This document shows, piece after piece, positions 47,906 to 50,853 of a DNA stretch of 50,853 bases (within the stretch, counting starts at the first letter, position 1; each line of letters begins with the position of its first letter). The stretch lies in NCBI GenBank assembly GCA_035652475.1, contig DASRDR010000130.1, positions 1 to 50,853 on the forward strand, given 5' to 3'. The notes under the pieces were generated by a model. It was given only the letters and a program-made list of their open reading frames with translations. It searched no databases and was not told the origin of the DNA. The position numbers were made by a program, and so were the translations under genes. The DNA is from Candidatus Methylomirabilota bacterium. GTDB taxonomy: Bacteria > Methylomirabilota > Methylomirabilia > Rokubacteriales > DASRDR01.

Positions 47906-48847
47906 ATGAATCCCGACCCCGCTCCCGCGTCGCCCGGGCGGCCCCCGGCACCCGCGCGGGCCGCCGGCGCCCTCGGCCGGTGGGCCCACCGGCATGCCCG
48001 CTGGCTGTTCCCGGCGCCCGCGGTGCTCATCGTGGCGGCGATCATCGTCTACCCGGTCGTCTACACGGTGTGGATGAGCCTCCAGGAGTGGGCCGCGTCC
48101 AGCCTCACCGCGCCCCGCTTCGTGGGCGCCGCGAACTACCGGCGGATCGTCCTCGCCGACCCGCGCTTCCGGGACGCCGTGCTGCGGACGCTCTACTTCA
48201 CGGCGCTGGCGCTCACCGGCGAGACGGTCCTGGGGGTGGCGATGGCCCTGGTCTTCAATCGCGAGTTCTGGGGTCGGGGGGTCCTGCGGACCCTCGCGAT
48301 CCTGCCCATGGTGGCGACCCCGACCGCGATCGGGCTCGTGTTCGTGATGATGTACCACCCGACGCTCGGGGTCGCCAACTACCTCCTGAGCCTGGCCGGG
48401 CTCCCGCCGTTCAAGTGGACCTACTCCAGCGCGACGGCCCTCTACGCGGTCGCCCTGGTCGACGTCTGGCAGTGGACCCCGCTCATCATGCTGATCGTGC
48501 TGGCCGGCCTGGCGAGCCTGCCGCGCGAGCCGTACGAGGCCGCCCACATCGACGGCGCCTCCGGGCTCCGGGCGTTCCGCTACATCACCCTGCCGCTCCT
48601 GCGGCCGGCGATCGTGGTCGCGGTGCTGTTCCGGGCGATCGACGCCCTCAAGACCTTCGACATCATCTTCATCCTGACCCAGGGCGGCCCCGCCAACGCG
48701 ACCGAGACCATCAACATCCTGCTCTTCAACCAGGCGTTCTCGTACTTCAACATGGGCTACGCCTCGTCCATGGCGGTCGCGCTGTTCGCGCTGGTGATGG
48801 GCGCGTCGCTCGTGCTGATCAAGGTCCGGCGGAGCGCCGCGTGGTAG
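47906..48847 (+). CDS. Carbohydrate ABC transporter permease (MalF/UgpA-like)
   Basis: Six TM segments. EAA loop EPYEAAHIDGASGLRAFRYITLPLLRP. Confidence 0.9.
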   Translation: MNPDPAPASPGRPPAPARAAGALGRWAHRHARWLFPAPAVLIVAAIIVYPVVYTVWMSLQEWAASSLTAPRFVGAANYRRIVLADPRFRDAVLRTLYFTALALTGETVLGVAMALVFNREFWGRGVLRTLAILPMVATPTAIGLVFVMMYHPTLGVANYLLSLAGLPPFKWTYSSATALYAVALVDVWQWTPLIMLIVLAGLASLPREPYEAAHIDGASGLRAFRYITLPLLRPAIVVAVLFRAIDALKTFDIIFILTQGGPANATETINILLFNQAFSYFNMGYASSMAVALFALVMGASLVLIKVRRSAAW

Positions 48848-49671
48848 CCGGGCGCGTCCGGCGGCGGCTCCAGGGGGCGGTCTACTACGGCCTGGCGCTC
48901 GCCTTCATGCTCCCGACGGTCTTCGTCTTCTACTGGATGATCACCCTGTCGCTCAAGCCCCAGGTCGAGGCCACCGCCTACCCGCCGTCGTTCTTCCGGT
49001 TCAGCGTCACCACCGCGGGCTACCGGACGGTCTTCACGAAGTACCCGTTCCTCCTCTACACGTGGAACAGCCTCGTGGTCGCGGTGGGCTGCACCGCCCT
49101 CGGGCTGGCGGTCGGCCTCCCGGCCGCCTACTCGATCGCCCGGTGGCGGCAGCGCGGGCTGGCGGTGACGATCCTGGTCGCGCGGATCATCCCCGGCATC
49201 TCGTACCTGATCCCCTGGTACATCTTCTTCCGGCAGCTCCGGATGGTGGACACCTACGGCGCCCTCATCCTGACCCACCTCATCGTCGGCCTGCCGATCA
49301 TCATCTGGGTCATGATCGGGTTCTTCGAGGACGTCCCGCGGGACCTCGAGGACGCGGCGCTCATCGACGGCTGCTCCCACCTCGGGATCTTCTGGCGGGT
49401 CGCGCTTCCGCTGGTCCGGCCGGGCGTCATGGCGACCGCGATCCTGTCGTTCGTGTTCTCGTGGAACAACTTCCTCTTCTCGGTCATCCTGGCCGGGCGG
49501 GAGACGCGGACGCTCCCGATCGCGGTCTTCAACATGATCTCGTACGAGGAGATCAACTGGGGGACGCTGGCCGCCGCGGCCACGATGATCACGCTGCCGG
49601 TCCTCCTGCTGGCGCTGCTGGTCCAGCGCCACATCGTGACCGGGCTCACCTTCGGCGCCGTCAAGCAGTAG
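48841..49671 (+). CDS. Carbohydrate ABC transporter permease (MalG/UgpE-like)
   Basis: The GTG at 48841 overlaps the upstream stop by 7 nt. EAA loop DLEDAALIDGCSHLGIFWRVALPLVRP. Confidence 0.88.
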   Translation: MVAGRVRRRLQGAVYYGLALAFMLPTVFVFYWMITLSLKPQVEATAYPPSFFRFSVTTAGYRTVFTKYPFLLYTWNSLVVAVGCTALGLAVGLPAAYSIARWRQRGLAVTILVARIIPGISYLIPWYIFFRQLRMVDTYGALILTHLIVGLPIIIWVMIGFFEDVPRDLEDAALIDGCSHLGIFWRVALPLVRPGVMATAILSFVFSWNNFLFSVILAGRETRTLPIAVFNMISYEEINWGTLAAAATMITLPVLLLALLVQRHIVTGLTFGAVKQ

Positions 49672-49710
49672 GCGGCGGCCGCCGGGCGGCCCGCGGGCCC
49701 GGCGGCCGCC

Positions 49711-50808
49711 TCAGGGCGCGAGGCCGGCGGCCGCCCCGGCCGCCCGCGCGAGGGCGCGGAGCCGCGGGCGGACGAGCAGCCAGCCGGCGGCCAGCAGGCC
49801 GAGCCCGGCCAGGAGCCACGCCGTCGCCAGCAGGTACGGCCCCCAGCCCCGGAGGACGACGCCCCCGGCCCGGGCGCCGAGCGGCGCGACGACGACCAGG
49901 TGGACGACGTAGACGAGGAGCGCGGCCCGGCCCAGCCCGACCAGCGGCCCCGCCCGCCAGCCCCCGCGCTCGATCGTGGCGTACGCGAGGGCCAGCAGGA
50001 CGAGGATCGCCGCGGTCAGGGCGGCGGCCGTGATCGGACCGGCCGTCCAGTAGTCGTTCAGGGTCAGGTCTCCCGCCAGACCGGGCCCGCGGCCGCCGGC
50101 GCGCCCCGGTGCGAGGGCGGCGATGCCGAGCAGCACGAGCGCGCCGGCCGCCCCGAGTCCGGCGTACCAGCGGTCTCGCCGCCACCGGTCACGCGCCGTC
50201 GCCTCCGTCCAGCCGGCGACCAGGCCGAGGAGCACCAGGGCGAGCCAGGGGAAGACCGGGAACTCCCGGAACAGCACGGCCGCCCGCAGCGGGTGCAGGC
50301 GCGACCACGCGGCCAGCGCGGGAAGGCACCACACGAACGCCACGTAGAGGGCCGGGGCGAGCGCGAGGAGGGCGGCGCGGCCCGGCCGGGAGCGGAGCGC
50401 GGGGAGGAGCGGCGTCGCCACCAGGATCATGAACGCGATGCTCACCAGCACCCGGGCGCCCAGGACGTCCTCCGGGAACACCAGCACGTTCACGACCGCG
50501 CCCGCCGCCAGGATCGCCGCCGCCCGGCGGACGTTGCGGCCCGCGACGGTCGCGAACGGTCGGCCTTCGATCACCGCCGCGCGATGGTAGCCCAGCGCCA
50601 GCGAGACGCCGACCAGGAAGAGGAAGGTCGGGCCGGCCAGGGCCATGGTCGCGTAGATGAGCGGCTGGCGCCCGAGGCCGACGGCGGGCGCCAGCCACCA
50701 CCGGGCCGTGTGATTCACGACCATGAGGCTCACGGCGAGCCCACGCAGGGCGTCCACGAACGCGAGCCGCGGCGGGCGGGGGGCGGGCGGCGAGCCACCG
50801 GGCGCCAT
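49711..50808 (-). CDS. Polytopic membrane protein, DUF1624/heparan-alpha-glucosaminide N-acetyltransferase-like
   Basis: The N-terminus RLAFVDALRGLAVSLMVVNH is followed by about 9 hydrophobic segments. The family assignment is from memory of that N-terminal motif. Confidence 0.6.
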   Translation of the reverse strand: MAPGGSPPAPRPPRLAFVDALRGLAVSLMVVNHTARWWLAPAVGLGRQPLIYATMALAGPTFLFLVGVSLALGYHRAAVIEGRPFATVAGRNVRRAAAILAAGAVVNVLVFPEDVLGARVLVSIAFMILVATPLLPALRSRPGRAALLALAPALYVAFVWCLPALAAWSRLHPLRAAVLFREFPVFPWLALVLLGLVAGWTEATARDRWRRDRWYAGLGAAGALVLLGIAALAPGRAGGRGPGLAGDLTLNDYWTAGPITAAALTAAILVLLALAYATIERGGWRAGPLVGLGRAALLVYVVHLVVVAPLGARAGGVVLRGWGPYLLATAWLLAGLGLLAAGWLLVRPRLRALARAAGAAAGLAP

Positions 50809-50853
50809 GCCGGGGAAGCTCGTGCATCGGCCGTGCCGGCCGATCCCGCGCCG

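Overview
Very GC-rich (roughly 70-75 %) bacterial chromosomal segment, about 90 % coding, with 43 supportable protein genes plus one gene remnant. I recognised no rRNA, tRNA, CRISPR array, transposase or integrase. Because of the GC content, most very long ORFs in the six-frame track (Arg/Pro/Gly/Ala-rich, antisense to real genes) are artefacts. I called genes from recognisable family motifs, third-codon-position GC and Shine-Dalgarno or -10 context, and trimmed many track ORFs to internal starts. Content in order: a SWIM-domain gene end; an HpcH-type aldolase; an NAD-type formate dehydrogenase (fused NuoE-NuoF-like subunit plus Cys-type catalytic subunit); glnK-amtB behind a textbook sigma54 promoter; assorted hydrolase, SDR, MFS, RraA and methyltransferase genes; two aminotransferases; a NitT/TauT-type ABC transporter coupled to an adenosine-deaminase-like gene; a signalling island (two histidine kinases, an S2P/CBS protease, and a translationally coupled wHTH - KaiC-like ATPase - hybrid kinase operon); enoyl-CoA hydratase, HtrA, D-threonine-aldolase-like, LLM oxidoreductases and an ADH; and a sugar-type ABC transporter. 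The most interesting observations are: (1) a PDO-type thioredoxin-fold gene whose two track ORFs are joined by an in-frame TGA exactly at the first Cys of the CPxC site, a candidate selenoprotein; (2) the KaiA/KaiB-less wHTH-KaiC-kinase cassette with its 716-bp non-coding upstream region; (3) recurrent -10 hexamers 6-8 nt upstream of start codons, suggesting leaderless mRNAs; (4) two unrelated 34-bp perfect direct repeats with 29-30 bp spacers at gene 3' ends. All functional calls are motif recognition by eye, not database searches.
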